Assembly: GCA_031414595.1 (NCBI GenBank)
Contig: JANNVX010000001.1
Span: 9,132 to 73,131 of the forward strand
Direction: 5' to 3'
Source of the DNA: Deinococcales bacterium
GTDB lineage: Bacteria > Deinococcota > Deinococci > Deinococcales > JAAFIG01
Length of the DNA stretch: 64,000 bases
Every line of letters begins with the position of its first letter. Position 1 is the first letter of the stretch. Below, piece by piece: positions 9,053-19,354 of this stretch. Both the position numbers and the translations under genes were made by a program. The notes under the pieces are model-generated. The model did not search any database. It was not told the DNA's origin and worked only from the letters and a program-made list of their open reading frames with translations.

Positions 9053-10021
9053 TCAATTTTTAATGATTAACTTACCCTTGGCATGACCTAAACCAAGGTA
9101 GGTGAGCGCTTCTGGCAACTCGAGCAACCCATATTCTTTTTCAATCACGGGCTTGACTGCACCCGTCTCGAGCAATTTTACAAGGTACTTTAAGTCGTCA
9201 GTGTTTGGTTTGACTAATAAATTCAAGAATTTTTGTTGCCCTGTCATACCCATTACCGAGCCTAAAAACAACATTTGTAGGATGTTGCCGATTGCACCGC
9301 CAGCCATCACATAGCGCCCTTGGGGTTTTAGCAGTGGCTTGAACTCGAGGAACGAACGATAAGCCGCCACATCAAAAATTAAGTCAAAACGCTGCGTAAG
9401 TTTGGTCGGGTCTTGTTTGCTGTAATCCAGCACATGGTCTGCCCCGATTTCGCGCACCATCTCGAGTTTAGTAGTGCTGCACACCGCCGTGACTTCTGCG
9501 CCGAGTGCTTTGGCAATCTGCACCGCATATGTTCCCACGCCACCCGAAGCACCGTTAATTAAAACCTTCTGCCCTGCGCTTAATAGCCCTAAGTCACGCA
9601 GTCCTTGCAGCGCAGTGGTGGCTGCATTTGGAATCGCAGCGACTTGTTCAAAACTTAAACTGCTTGGTTTATGCACCAGTGCCTTAGCGTCCACACACAC
9701 AAATTCGGCAAATGCCCCAAATCCATACTCGGCAAGGTTGGCAAAGACTTCATCACCGATTTCAAAAGTTGTGACATTCTGACCAACAGCGCGGACAATA
9801 CCCGCCATATCCGAGCCTAAAATAGTGTGTTTGGGCTTAAAAAATCCGTAAGCGGCGCGTACCAAAAATGGTGTACCTGTCAGCAAATGGTAATCGCCAG
9901 AATTAACCGAAGCGGCTTTAATTTCAATCAATACCTGATGGTCTTTGGGGATAGGTTGCTCGAGTTCGCTCAGGGTTAAAACCGAAGGTGAACCGTATTG
10001 GGTGTAGGTCATGGCTTTCAT
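9053..10021 (-). CDS. NAD(P)-dependent MDR/quinone oxidoreductase family protein
   Basis: AASVN, LGSDMAG, VLINGASGGVG. Confidence 0.9.
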   Translation of the reverse strand: MKAMTYTQYGSPSVLTLSELEQPIPKDHQVLIEIKAASVNSGDYHLLTGTPFLVRAAYGFFKPKHTILGSDMAGIVRAVGQNVTTFEIGDEVFANLAEYGFGAFAEFVCVDAKALVHKPSSLSFEQVAAIPNAATTALQGLRDLGLLSAGQKVLINGASGGVGTYAVQIAKALGAEVTAVCSTTKLEMVREIGADHVLDYSKQDPTKLTQRFDLIFDVAAYRSFLEFKPLLKPQGRYVMAGGAIGNILQMLFLGSVMGMTGQQKFLNLLVKPNTDDLKYLVKLLETGAVKPVIEKEYGLLELPEALTYLGLGHAKGKLIIKN

Positions 10022-10638
10022 GTTGTTGCTCCTTGCTTAAATCCTTTAACAAGTAACCAAATCGGGAAAACAATTTCAAATAACGCACCGGGTAAGAACA
10101 GCACTTGGCTACTTGGCATACCAATCAACTCGAGAATGACGCTCAGGCTTAGAAAGCAATAGCCAAGTATTCCAAGTACCGCCAACCAAACGGGTACAAG
10201 TTTTGTGGACAGTAACAAAAAACAAAGCATGAGGCTACCAACCCCTAAAAAAATCATGGCGGTGTTAAAACTAAGGTCATGCGCGGCTCGAGCAGTAGCT
10301 AAGGCATTGGGTAAATCAAAGTGACTACCAAGTTGGGTAATCAGCAAAACAGCCATTGTACCAACCGATAATAAAACGCTTTCGATCAACCGAAACCCTA
10401 AGTAAGCCGTCGCAATCACCAAACTATGCCGATGCAGAGCGCTAAAGAGCAGTACGCCAATTAAAAATACCCCAATCGAATTGATGACCTCTAAAAACGC
10501 GCCAATAAAAACCTGATTTTTCATAGCTGTAAATGCAGTTGCCGAAGCTAGTGCAGACTCGAGTAAGCTGTTTGCCACCAGAAAACTGGTGGTGGTAACT
10601 AAAAATAAAACTGCTGCGATTCTAAGTTGAGTGTTCAT
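10018..10638 (-). CDS. DUF4386-like membrane protein
   Basis: Multi-TM; LVPVWLAVLG...PGALFEIVFPIWLLVKGF. Confidence 0.7.
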   Translation of the reverse strand: MNTQLRIAAVLFLVTTTSFLVANSLLESALASATAFTAMKNQVFIGAFLEVINSIGVFLIGVLLFSALHRHSLVIATAYLGFRLIESVLLSVGTMAVLLITQLGSHFDLPNALATARAAHDLSFNTAMIFLGVGSLMLCFLLLSTKLVPVWLAVLGILGYCFLSLSVILELIGMPSSQVLFLPGALFEIVFPIWLLVKGFKQGATT

Positions 10639-11357
10639 AAAAGTCCTTCTTTTGAAATGGTTCGAGTTTTTCTAAAACTTTGAATTAAAAGCCAGACACA
10701 AAGTGATAATTCGCCAACGGCAGCAAGTAATGCCACCAGCAGGACAAAAATATCTTTGTAGTCGTTGTAATTAGGCAGCCCAAAACGGACAAAAGTATCG
10801 GCGGTATAGGCAATTCCAGCCAGTACCAATAAAAAACCAATGGCTCGAGGGACGTGGTTAGTGGTCAGAATCAAATAGCCAAGGGTCAGTAAATGAAACC
10901 CAAAAAACAACAAACCAATCAGCCAGCCAAGCTGGAATGAGTCGTAAGACATCAGGGCTTGAACTTCTATTTGTTGTGTCGTGAAGGCTGTATTTGTATT
11001 TTGTAAAATGAGTAGCATCTGATACAAGTGCAAAATTGCCACCGCAAAAATAGCCGTGTAGACCAAGCGAAAATAAGCTGCCAATAACGATAAATTGTCA
11101 TTAAGTTGTTTCATGTACAGGTAGAGCGCCCATGTCACCAGCACATCGCAGACCAGAACAACAAAAAAACCAATCATTCCAAAGCGAAAAAGTGTTGGAT
11201 TCTCGAGAATCTTGGCAGCTGTTTTAGCGGCATCGGTCGGGATAATCAGTCCTTCGACAACAACAAAATTAGAAAAAACAGCGGCAAAGAACATCAGCAG
11301 TAAGCCAAGTCCAGCGACTCGAGCCATGAGTGGTGATTGTGGTGATAATGAATTCAT
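10635..11357 (-). CDS. DUF4386-like membrane protein
   Basis: ARVAG...CDVLV.WALY...FRLVY...GELSLCVWLL. Confidence 0.75.
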   Translation of the reverse strand: MNSLSPQSPLMARVAGLGLLLMFFAAVFSNFVVVEGLIIPTDAAKTAAKILENPTLFRFGMIGFFVVLVCDVLVTWALYLYMKQLNDNLSLLAAYFRLVYTAIFAVAILHLYQMLLILQNTNTAFTTQQIEVQALMSYDSFQLGWLIGLLFFGFHLLTLGYLILTTNHVPRAIGFLLVLAGIAYTADTFVRFGLPNYNDYKDIFVLLVALLAAVGELSLCVWLLIQSFRKTRTISKEGLL

Positions 11358-11548
11358 TTTTAACTCCGTTTGGCAATAAAGGACTGTTCTACTGGCTTAA
11401 TTCCAGTAAATTCGTCAGGAGGGGATTCTCGAGGCAATCAAAAGTACGGTGTATGGTTTTTTACATTTGAATCTCCAGTCTTTTATTTTGGGCAATACTC
11501 GAGTTGGCGTTCAGGGTGAATCTGACGCTATGACCGACTTTGATTTTT

Positions 11549-11764
11549 TTACTCAGGGTAGTGAAAGACATCCTCGAGTTTGACTCTAAAAATCCTTGCA
11601 ATTTGAAAAGCAATCTCGAGCGAAGGGGAGTATTTGCCTTGTTCAATGGCAATAATCGTTTGGCGGGTCATGCCAATGCGGTCGGCTAAGTCGGCTTGGG
11701 TCATCTCGTTTTTTGCAAAGCGCAAGGCTCGAATTGAATTGGTGATTTGCGTGGTTTTTAGCAC
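11549..11764 (-). CDS. XRE family HTH regulator
   Basis: NSIRALRF..EMTQADLA..GMTRQTIIAIEQGKYSPSLE; GTG 11764 overlaps upstream gene. Confidence 0.88.
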   Translation of the reverse strand: MLKTTQITNSIRALRFAKNEMTQADLADRIGMTRQTIIAIEQGKYSPSLEIAFQIARIFRVKLEDVFHYPE

Positions 11765-12183
11765 GGGTAGAACCCTTTTTTGTAATAAATTATTTTGACC
11801 ACAGAGGTAATAATTGCCGAACCGACAAAGGCGAGGTACATGGTGTGGGCAATCCAAAAATGATTGAGTTTTAGCATTGCCATAATCACCACCGCCATAC
11901 CCCCAATGGTCACAAGGAACTGTCCACTGTGTTCAGCTTCTTTAATGATTTCTTGGTCTCGAGCATCACGTTTTTTGCCTTTTGGAGCGGTTGCTGCAAT
12001 CAGTATTTCGCCAAAGATGGTGCTGATAATAGCGCTACCAATTGCAAGGAGCATCGGGCTGACATAAGCAATTTCGGTCAGTGGGGTACTCGAGCTTTGG
12101 CTGGTTAGCCAAATACAGTAGGCAATAAAGGCAATAATCGCAGTGCTTAAGAAAACCCAAGTCCACTTTTCTTCGTGTGTCAT
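11758..12183 (-). CDS. Membrane protein (DUF2178-like) paired with XRE regulator
   Basis: 4 TM segments, RDARDQEI motif; ATG 12183 with SD GGAGG. Confidence 0.7.
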   Translation of the reverse strand: MTHEEKWTWVFLSTAIIAFIAYCIWLTSQSSSTPLTEIAYVSPMLLAIGSAIISTIFGEILIAATAPKGKKRDARDQEIIKEAEHSGQFLVTIGGMAVVIMAMLKLNHFWIAHTMYLAFVGSAIITSVVKIIYYKKGFYPC

Positions 12184-12196
12184 TTTCCTCCAATCA

Positions 12197-12263
12197 ATGT
12201 AAAAAATCTTTGACATGCTTTAATGTAAACTAATTCAGACAAAATGTCAAATATCTTTAACAT
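12197..12263. promoter_or_regulatory. Three ATGT-N12-ACA(T) palindromes, probable XRE operators
   Basis: ATGTAAAAAATCTTTGACAT (12197), ATGTAAACTAATTCAGACAA (12223), ATGTCAAATATCTTTAACAT (12244). Confidence 0.65.
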
Positions 12264-12308
12264 TGCTAAAAGCGTAAAATCCATCTGAGGATTGGCGACA
12301 CCATCTGT

Positions 12309-13541
12309 TTAGAATTCGACGCTGTAGCCAGTGCCATCTTCGGAGCGCAGAATTTTACCGTTAATGTCCCACTGAAAGCCTTTACTGGACGCACTAAATG
12401 GGTCTATCGGCATTTTATCAAAGTACCTGCCCTCGAGAACCCCAAGGTTGGCTGGGGGTACGCCTTCGGTCAGGGCAGATGTGGCATGGAGCGCCAAACT
12501 GACTTGGGTGGCACGGTAGGCTTGGGTCAGTTTACAGGCTCTGGTTGCCAGTCCGTAAGGCGGTATCCAACTTCTAAGTAGCGCATTACCGACACTATTC
12601 GCCGCTAATGGATTGGTATTTAGAAAAGCTGGGTCGGTCGGGCTTTGGGCATCTTTGGCTTCTGGGCAGTTGCCAGCCCGTTTTAAGATTCCCTCGAGCC
12701 AAAGCGTGTAGGTCTCGAGGGTTTTACCTGTTTGCAGCGAATAAGCACTGGGCATAAAACGCACAATTGGCGAACTGACATTGATTCGCAGGGTTTGCCC
12801 TGCGGTTTTGCCTGTGGCAGCATCGAGTGCCAACCTAAAAAAACGCCGTTCTGATTTTAGGCTCTCCTCGAGCGACAAGGGGTTTGGGGCTTGGGCTTGG
12901 AGTTCTTTAAGGATATTACGCCAAGTTTGATCATCGAAATTACTTTGGCGCATTGCGCCGCGCATTTGGGTTAAGACCAATTGCCCAAGGCTATCGCCCA
13001 CGTCTAACTCGAGCAGCGAGCCTTTGGCATTACGAATTAGGTTCGCGGCTTTCCAGACCAAGAAATAATCCTGCCAAGCCGATTTCGCGTCCCCGCTTTG
13101 TAAATATAAATTGGCTCGAAGCAAAACCAGTTCACTAAGTTGATGCCATGCTTTAACATCGCGGGGTAAGGCAGCCACATTGACCGCATCAAAATCGGCG
13201 TATTGTGGGTCTCTGGCACGACTGAGCGAATTAACCTTAGCAATACCGCTTTCAAAAGTTGCTATGGCATCTAAATTACCGCTTGTCAAACGTGCCGCCT
13301 CGGACTGAATCCAATTACCAGGTTGTAAAAAAATCCGTGGTTCAATGCCTCGTAAATTCATTTTGGCGGCGGCTTCAGAAAAAAGTGCTAGTGCATTGGT
13401 ATTTGTGGGAATTGTCTCCAGTTTCGGTTCTAAATTAACTCGAGGTGGACTGGCTTGGTCTGGAGCAAATAACGGCAAACCAAAGTTAAAACCAAGCAGC
13501 AAGACCAACACAAAACCAACACCAATCAAAAATGGACGCAT
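12309..13541 (-). CDS. Hypothetical membrane-anchored helical protein
   Basis: 410-aa ORF, N-terminal TM; C-terminal PANLGVL..YFDKMPIDPFS resembles pilin/GspG-like tails. Confidence 0.65.
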   Translation of the reverse strand: MRPFLIGVGFVLVLLLGFNFGLPLFAPDQASPPRVNLEPKLETIPTNTNALALFSEAAAKMNLRGIEPRIFLQPGNWIQSEAARLTSGNLDAIATFESGIAKVNSLSRARDPQYADFDAVNVAALPRDVKAWHQLSELVLLRANLYLQSGDAKSAWQDYFLVWKAANLIRNAKGSLLELDVGDSLGQLVLTQMRGAMRQSNFDDQTWRNILKELQAQAPNPLSLEESLKSERRFFRLALDAATGKTAGQTLRINVSSPIVRFMPSAYSLQTGKTLETYTLWLEGILKRAGNCPEAKDAQSPTDPAFLNTNPLAANSVGNALLRSWIPPYGLATRACKLTQAYRATQVSLALHATSALTEGVPPANLGVLEGRYFDKMPIDPFSASSKGFQWDINGKILRSEDGTGYSVEF

Positions 13542-13621
13542 GATAATGCCAAGTCTACCGCACCGACTCGAGGGCGGAGTGGTAAGAATGCCTATCGCAA
13601 CTCGAGGCAGAAAAAGGCATA

Positions 13622-16600
13622 ATGGAACGGATGTCTGTCACCACGTTATCGCGTTATCAAGTGGTCAAGGAACTCGGCGCGGGAGCAATGGGTCGGGTCT
13701 CTTTGGCGTTGGATACAGCAACCGGCGAATTGGTGGCACTCAAACGTTTACACGAAATGGTGGCTTTGCAAGGTGGCGCTCGCTTGCGGCGTGAATCCAA
13801 GGCTTTAGAACGAATTAATGACCCCAATGTGGTTAAGGTGCTGGGTTACGGCGAAGATGAAGGCATTCCGTACTTGGTGATGGAATACGTCCGAGGCACA
13901 GATTTAACCCAGTTTGTAACTGAAAAACCGACCATAGACCGAATTGTGCAAGTCTTTATCGGCATTTGCAACGCACTGGCAGCCGTGCATGGACAAGGTA
14001 TTATTCATAGGGACTTAAAACCAGACAATATCCGTGTAACCCTTGAAGGCGACGCTAAACTGATGGACTTTGGTTTGGCAAAATCCTTAGAAGGCACGGT
14101 TGCCTTGACTCGAGCCGGTGCAGTGGTTGGTACGGTCTTGTATATGGCACCCGAGCAGTGCAGGGGCGCTCAACTCGATTACCGTGCCGACTTGTACGCG
14201 CTGGGTGCAGTTTTATTTTGGGCTTTAACGGGCAGACCACCATTTACTGGCGACGGGCTTGCCCAAGTGATTATGCAGCACATTCAAGCCCCACCGCCCA
14301 GACCGAGCAGCATCAATCCAAGTATCCCCGCGCCACTTGAACAGATCGTCTTAAAACTGATGGAAAAAAATCCTGCCGAGCGCCCACCCAGTGCTTTAGC
14401 AGTCCGTGACCTTTTAATTGGTTTGTCGAATCAAACCATGGAAATTAACCTTTCAACCGAAGTGGCTCGAGCCGATGCGCTCCTTATTGCTCCGCTCATT
14501 GGGCGCGATGCCGAAATCGGTTTGCTGATGCCGCTTTTAGAAGAACCCGAACCAGTTTATGGGGTGTATGCAATTACAGGTGATGTTGGCACAGGAAAAA
14601 CTCGGTTAATCAAAGCCTTTTCAGAAACCGCCAGAGGCGCTGGAACACGTTTTGCCCCCGGAGAAGCCATTCCAGACGACCCAACCCCTTTTGGCGCAAT
14701 CTCGAGAATGATTGGCAACTTGCAAAAAAGCAATAAGAACTTTGTCGAGAACCTACCCGAGAACATCAAAGGCGAATTGGCACGGATTGTGCCGAGTCTA
14801 GGCAGTGCTGCCCCAAGCGACCCGAACCTTCCAGCCGATGTTGCCAGGTTACGCTTATTTGAAGCCTTTAGCGAATTCTTAGAACGGGTTTCTGAGATTA
14901 CCGTGGTGGTTCTCGAGAATTTGCACTGGGCAGACGACAGCACCTTAGCAGCCCTTGCCCATGCCACTCGAGCCGTACAGAAACCACGTTTATTGGTCAC
15001 ATATCGGCTGGAGGATTTACCCGAAGGTCAAACCCTGCCCAAAGGCTTAGCCCGTCCGAGAACCCTGATTAACCTTAAACCAATGTCGGACAACGACATG
15101 CGTGAACTCTTAAAATCATGGTTGGATGGCGACCTTGACAGCACTTTAGAAACCGAATTGGTCAATCATGCGGCTGGCAACCCTTGGGTTCTCGAGGAAC
15201 GCTTAAAAGCAATGCTTGAATCTGGGGCAATTTATCGTCAGAACGGGGTCTACCAATGGCAGCACTCGATGCAGAGCTTGCCCGAGAGCCTGAACGATTT
15301 GCTCGCCCACCGCATCGAAGCCTTAAAACCAGATAGCCTCGAATTTGCCCGTGCTGCCAGTGTGCTTGGCAGGGCATGGCAGTACGAAGATGTACGGCAA
15401 CTGCTTGAATGGGGCGATGACACTGCCCTCGATGCCTTAGAAAGCCTGACTCGAGCCAGACTCGTCACCGAAATCCCCGGTAGCAACGGCGAAGGTTTTA
15501 GATTTACCCACCCGCTCTATAGCGAAATTCTACTTGACGGTATCATCAGCCTCAAACGCCGTCGTCTGCACAAAAAAGCCGCCATCCTGCTCGAGAACCG
15601 CGCCAGTCCAGTCGAACTTGCCAATCATCATTTTTATGCCGAGCAGTTTGAACAAGCCCTAACAAAAGCCGTTGAAGGTGGCTTAATTGCCCAGAGCAGC
15701 TTTGCGTACCCGCAAGCCGAACGCGCCTACCGTTTGGCACTTGAAGCCAATGCCAAATTAGCAACCGAATCGCTCAAGGCTTTTGAAGCCCGTTTGCACT
15801 TGGGTGAAGTATTGAGCCACTCGGGACGCAACGACGAAGCCATTGCTTTCTGGCAATATGTGATAGACAACGCGGCTACACTCGAGGGCAGCCAGAGCGT
15901 ATTGGCTCAAACCCGCTTAAAATTTGGCAATGTGCTGCGTTTTTCGGGTTCGGTGGACAAAGCCCGCGATATTATTGGGCAGTACGGTATAGACGACCCG
16001 TTTTATGAAGAACTGGAAATCGAAGCCAGTCATATCCACCGCTTAAAAAAAGATTTTATGACCGCCAAACACCACGGACTCGAGGCGTTACGTGCCAGTA
16101 AACTTGCCCAAAATCCGCGTGGAACAGCACGGGCATTACTTGCTTTATCGCAACTCGAGGTGGCGTTGGGGAATTTAAGCCGAGCCACCAACCTTGCAAA
16201 AATTGCCACCACGATTGTCGAAACCACCGATGATGATTACCTAAAAACAATGGCATGGAATGACCTTGGCAGCCGTTACTACATGTTAGACCAACAAAAA
16301 GAACTGCTTTTTGCTTGGAATAAAGCCAGTGAATACGCCCAAAAAACAGGGGATGTTCGCTCGAGAATTGTGATTCAAACCAATCTGGCGCTCTCGATTG
16401 CTTCCGAAGAAGACTTTGAAGAAGCCAGAACCCGTTTCAAAGCCACCCGAGAAATGGCACTCCGAGCGGGGCTGTACGCCCAAGAAAAAACAATTCTCTA
16501 TAACCTTGCCGAAACAGAATATGCGCTTGGCAACCTCGAAGTCGCCAGAGAACACTTTCAAGATGTCAAAAATAACGCTTATGAAAATGCTTCTAAAATT

Positions 16601-17038
16601 TGGGAATCCCGCATTACCTTAGAACTCGGCGATGGTTTTGTCTTTGAATTGCCCGAACTCGAAGGGCGTTTTGCCACCGAAAACAGGCGTTTACTCGAGG
16701 TGCTGTACGCCCTGTCCTTTGGCGATTACGAAAAAGCCTATGAAGACACCAGTCAAAGCAACACCGAACAAGATTGGTTCTGGAATTTGTCCCGGGTTCA
16801 TGCAGCTTGGCGATTAGGACACGACACCAGTCAAGCCTTGGCTGCACTGCGCCAACCTCCAGCCGAAACCAAATTAGCTCCACATTTGCGATTAGCCTAT
16901 CTTGATTTTGTACAACAACTCCTGCTCGAGAACACACCTGAACGAATCAAAACGCTGCGAATTCTCGCCGATAAATACCGAACTTCCAGTGTTGGCTTAC
17001 TGGCGCGTGATGTACTTTTGACCTTACCAGAGGGCTAA
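13622..17038 (+). CDS. Ser/Thr kinase - P-loop NTPase (STAND-like) - TPR multidomain protein
   Basis: LGAGAMG, VALK, HRDLKPDN, DFG, YMAPEQ; GDVGTGKT, VVLENLHWAD, GNP, FTHPL; helical repeat C-terminus. Confidence 0.9.
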   Translation: MERMSVTTLSRYQVVKELGAGAMGRVSLALDTATGELVALKRLHEMVALQGGARLRRESKALERINDPNVVKVLGYGEDEGIPYLVMEYVRGTDLTQFVTEKPTIDRIVQVFIGICNALAAVHGQGIIHRDLKPDNIRVTLEGDAKLMDFGLAKSLEGTVALTRAGAVVGTVLYMAPEQCRGAQLDYRADLYALGAVLFWALTGRPPFTGDGLAQVIMQHIQAPPPRPSSINPSIPAPLEQIVLKLMEKNPAERPPSALAVRDLLIGLSNQTMEINLSTEVARADALLIAPLIGRDAEIGLLMPLLEEPEPVYGVYAITGDVGTGKTRLIKAFSETARGAGTRFAPGEAIPDDPTPFGAISRMIGNLQKSNKNFVENLPENIKGELARIVPSLGSAAPSDPNLPADVARLRLFEAFSEFLERVSEITVVVLENLHWADDSTLAALAHATRAVQKPRLLVTYRLEDLPEGQTLPKGLARPRTLINLKPMSDNDMRELLKSWLDGDLDSTLETELVNHAAGNPWVLEERLKAMLESGAIYRQNGVYQWQHSMQSLPESLNDLLAHRIEALKPDSLEFARAASVLGRAWQYEDVRQLLEWGDDTALDALESLTRARLVTEIPGSNGEGFRFTHPLYSEILLDGIISLKRRRLHKKAAILLENRASPVELANHHFYAEQFEQALTKAVEGGLIAQSSFAYPQAERAYRLALEANAKLATESLKAFEARLHLGEVLSHSGRNDEAIAFWQYVIDNAATLEGSQSVLAQTRLKFGNVLRFSGSVDKARDIIGQYGIDDPFYEELEIEASHIHRLKKDFMTAKHHGLEALRASKLAQNPRGTARALLALSQLEVALGNLSRATNLAKIATTIVETTDDDYLKTMAWNDLGSRYYMLDQQKELLFAWNKASEYAQKTGDVRSRIVIQTNLALSIASEEDFEEARTRFKATREMALRAGLYAQEKTILYNLAETEYALGNLEVAREHFQDVKNNAYENASKIWESRITLELGDGFVFELPELEGRFATENRRLLEVLYALSFGDYEKAYEDTSQSNTEQDWFWNLSRVHAAWRLGHDTSQALAALRQPPAETKLAPHLRLAYLDFVQQLLLENTPERIKTLRILADKYRTSSVGLLARDVLLTLPEG

Positions 17039-17105
17039 TGTAGGTTTTGTAACGCTTTTGTGACGCTTGTGATGTAGAATGACCTTGTATATTCAAGGAG
17101 GCTTT

Positions 17106-17789
17106 ATGAAAATGAAAGTTATGTTGGGTTTGGTCGCCGTTTCGTTACTCGCTTCGTGTGGTTTGATTAAAACCCCACCAATTGTTTTACAAGACACCAC
17201 CAAAACACCCAACCCTACCGTTGGCGGTGGAGCGCTTGGAATTGATGGTAAGGGTGCGCCGCTTGACCTCTCTAAAGGCGGTATCGCGCTTCAAGGCACA
17301 AAAAATGGGGTTGTGATTGCATCAGGTACATTTGCTGATGTCACAGACCAACAAGTTAAAGACAATATTGCCCGTTTAGCTGAATGGGGCTACACCCAAA
17401 CCATGCCAACCGCAACTTTGAGCGGTGCAAATTGCCCCGCCAGCTTTGCCATGACCAATGCCAGCTTTACAGCCACAATCAGCGACGCAGGTGGGACTGC
17501 TGGAGCAACCCGCAGCGCTTCAGCCACAACCAGTGTTGCTTCGGTTAGCTTTGCTGCACAATCAGCTGGAGGCTGTACCTACAATGCCACCGTCAATGGC
17601 GCGGCGGCAGCAGTTACAGGGATTTTAACAGGAACAGGACTCGCAACCCTTGGTCAAATTATCATCAATGGTGGCGCTAATACTGCCAGCCTGACAGGTA
17701 CATACACCACCCCAGACACATTGGCTGGTCGCACCCTAACCATCAACTTTGGTGGCTCGAGTTCGTATGTGATTGCCACAATCCTCTAA
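17106..17789 (+). CDS. Hypothetical lipoprotein (Thr/Ala/Gly rich)
   Basis: SD AAGGAGG; lipobox LLASC. Confidence 0.75.
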   Translation: MKMKVMLGLVAVSLLASCGLIKTPPIVLQDTTKTPNPTVGGGALGIDGKGAPLDLSKGGIALQGTKNGVVIASGTFADVTDQQVKDNIARLAEWGYTQTMPTATLSGANCPASFAMTNASFTATISDAGGTAGATRSASATTSVASVSFAAQSAGGCTYNATVNGAAAAVTGILTGTGLATLGQIIINGGANTASLTGTYTTPDTLAGRTLTINFGGSSSYVIATIL

Positions 17790-17798
17790 ATTTAGCCT

Positions 17799-17832
17799 AA
17801 AAAAAGACAAGCCAATTGGCTTGTCTTTTTTT
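17799..17832. terminator. Bidirectional hairpin terminator
   Basis: AAAAAAGACAAGCCAATTGGCTTGTCTTTTTT. Confidence 0.75.
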
Positions 17833-17913
17833 ATTCTTGGTGCAGTTTTTAGGCTTCTCGAGCCGCCAAAAATTCCTTACTCAAGATATTCAAATCGGTT
17901 AAACTTTATTGCA

Positions 17914-18744
17914 ATGCAGACATTCTTGTTTGGCGAGGACATACCCAGTGTTAAAGAGTTATCGCCACCACTTAAATGGGCTGGTGGCAAACGTTGGCTT
18001 GTGCCACAATTGCGCGAGGTTTGGGCGCACCATGCCCACCGTCGTTTGGTAGAACCTTTTTCGGGCGGATTAGCCATTGCTTTAGGTTTGATGCCTAAAG
18101 ATGCACTCTTAAACGACATTAACCCGCATCTCATCAACTTCTATCACTGGTTACAAAAAGGATTAAAGCTCGAGTTAAAACCACAACACGACGAAACTTA
18201 TTTTTACCAAAAACGGCAACGGTTTAACGATTTGGTGCTGACTAAGCAAGAAACAAGCCAAGAAGCCGCCGAGCTTTTCTATTATTTGAATCGCACCTGC
18301 TTTAATGGGTTATGTCGTTTTAACAAAAGTGGCGGCTTCAATGTGCCGTTTGGCAAATACACAACCATTAACTACGCAACTGACTTCCTCGAGTACCGAA
18401 GTCTCGTGCAGTCTTGGAATTTCACCATCGGAGACTTCGAGAAAATCACCCTTGAGCCTGATGATTTTGTCTATGCCGACCCGCCATACGATGTTGAATT
18501 CACCACCTATAGTGCTGGTGGCTTCACATGGGATGACCAAATTCGGGTTGCCAGATGGTTAGCCGCTCATACAGGGGTAGTCATCACTTCTAATCAAGCC
18601 ACACCAAGAATTATTGACCTTTACACCCAACTTGGTTTTCAAATAAAAACACTCGAAGCACCACGCCGCATCTCATCATCTGGCGACAGAACCCCAGCCC
18701 TTGAAATGCTGGCGTATAGGAACACAATATGGAACGAGAAATAG
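17914..18744 (+). CDS. Dam-family (D12, alpha-group) N6-adenine DNA methyltransferase
   Basis: LKWAGGK, EPFSGG, NDIN, YLNRTCFNGL.RFN..GGFNVPFG, YADPPY. Confidence 0.92.
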   Translation: MQTFLFGEDIPSVKELSPPLKWAGGKRWLVPQLREVWAHHAHRRLVEPFSGGLAIALGLMPKDALLNDINPHLINFYHWLQKGLKLELKPQHDETYFYQKRQRFNDLVLTKQETSQEAAELFYYLNRTCFNGLCRFNKSGGFNVPFGKYTTINYATDFLEYRSLVQSWNFTIGDFEKITLEPDDFVYADPPYDVEFTTYSAGGFTWDDQIRVARWLAAHTGVVITSNQATPRIIDLYTQLGFQIKTLEAPRRISSSGDRTPALEMLAYRNTIWNEK

Positions 18745-19352
18745 CACTGGCACGCTTTGCAGAACTGATTGGGCAGGATTTACGACCACTTGCCCAGACC
18801 TACGAAGTGACCTTTATTGCAAAAAACGGCAAAATTAACAAAGGTTGGGCTGGTCATGTTGCCGAGCGTTATTTAGGGCTGCCACTGAACTCATCTCGAG
18901 CGCCTAATTTTGGCTCGTGGGAACTTAAAGTTGTGCCGTTTAAGTACCTCAAAAATGGGCTGCTTGTTCCCAAAGAAACAATGGCAATCACGATGCTTGA
19001 CCCGTTTGAAGTGGCAGGAAAAACATTTACCGAAAGCCACCTTTACACAAAACTGAGAAAGCAAATTATTCTTGCCCGAATTTTTGTAGACCAAGCCGAA
19101 ACGACTTCTTTGGTTTATGGAGTAAAAGCCTTTGATTTAGGCGACACCGAGTTATTTCAAACCGTTGAAGCAGATTACAACCTGATTCGTGAGGCAATCC
19201 TTGACGGCGTTCCCTTGACTGGAAGCATGGGCAAACTGATTCAACCCAGAACCAAAGGACAAGGTGGTGCAGCCCCAAAAACTCGAGCTTTTTATGCAAG
19301 AAAAGAATTTTTAACTTCGGTCTTTAGGGGTAAGTACGATTTAGCGGTCTAA
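18729..19352 (+). CDS. MutH/Sau3AI-family endonuclease-like protein (single domain)
   Basis: NKGWAGHVAERYLG, WELKVVP, PKETMAIT, DY..IR, QPRTKG, RAFYARK; overlaps the MTase. Confidence 0.8.
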   Translation: MEREIALARFAELIGQDLRPLAQTYEVTFIAKNGKINKGWAGHVAERYLGLPLNSSRAPNFGSWELKVVPFKYLKNGLLVPKETMAITMLDPFEVAGKTFTESHLYTKLRKQIILARIFVDQAETTSLVYGVKAFDLGDTELFQTVEADYNLIREAILDGVPLTGSMGKLIQPRTKGQGGAAPKTRAFYARKEFLTSVFRGKYDLAV

Positions 19353-19354
19353 AT

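Noticed and set aside
17914-18744. Dam-like MTase as the CTCGAG methylase
   Set aside because: Its motifs are those of alpha-group GATC/GATATC-type enzymes; known CTCGAG m6A MTases are gamma-group. Not excluded experimentally.
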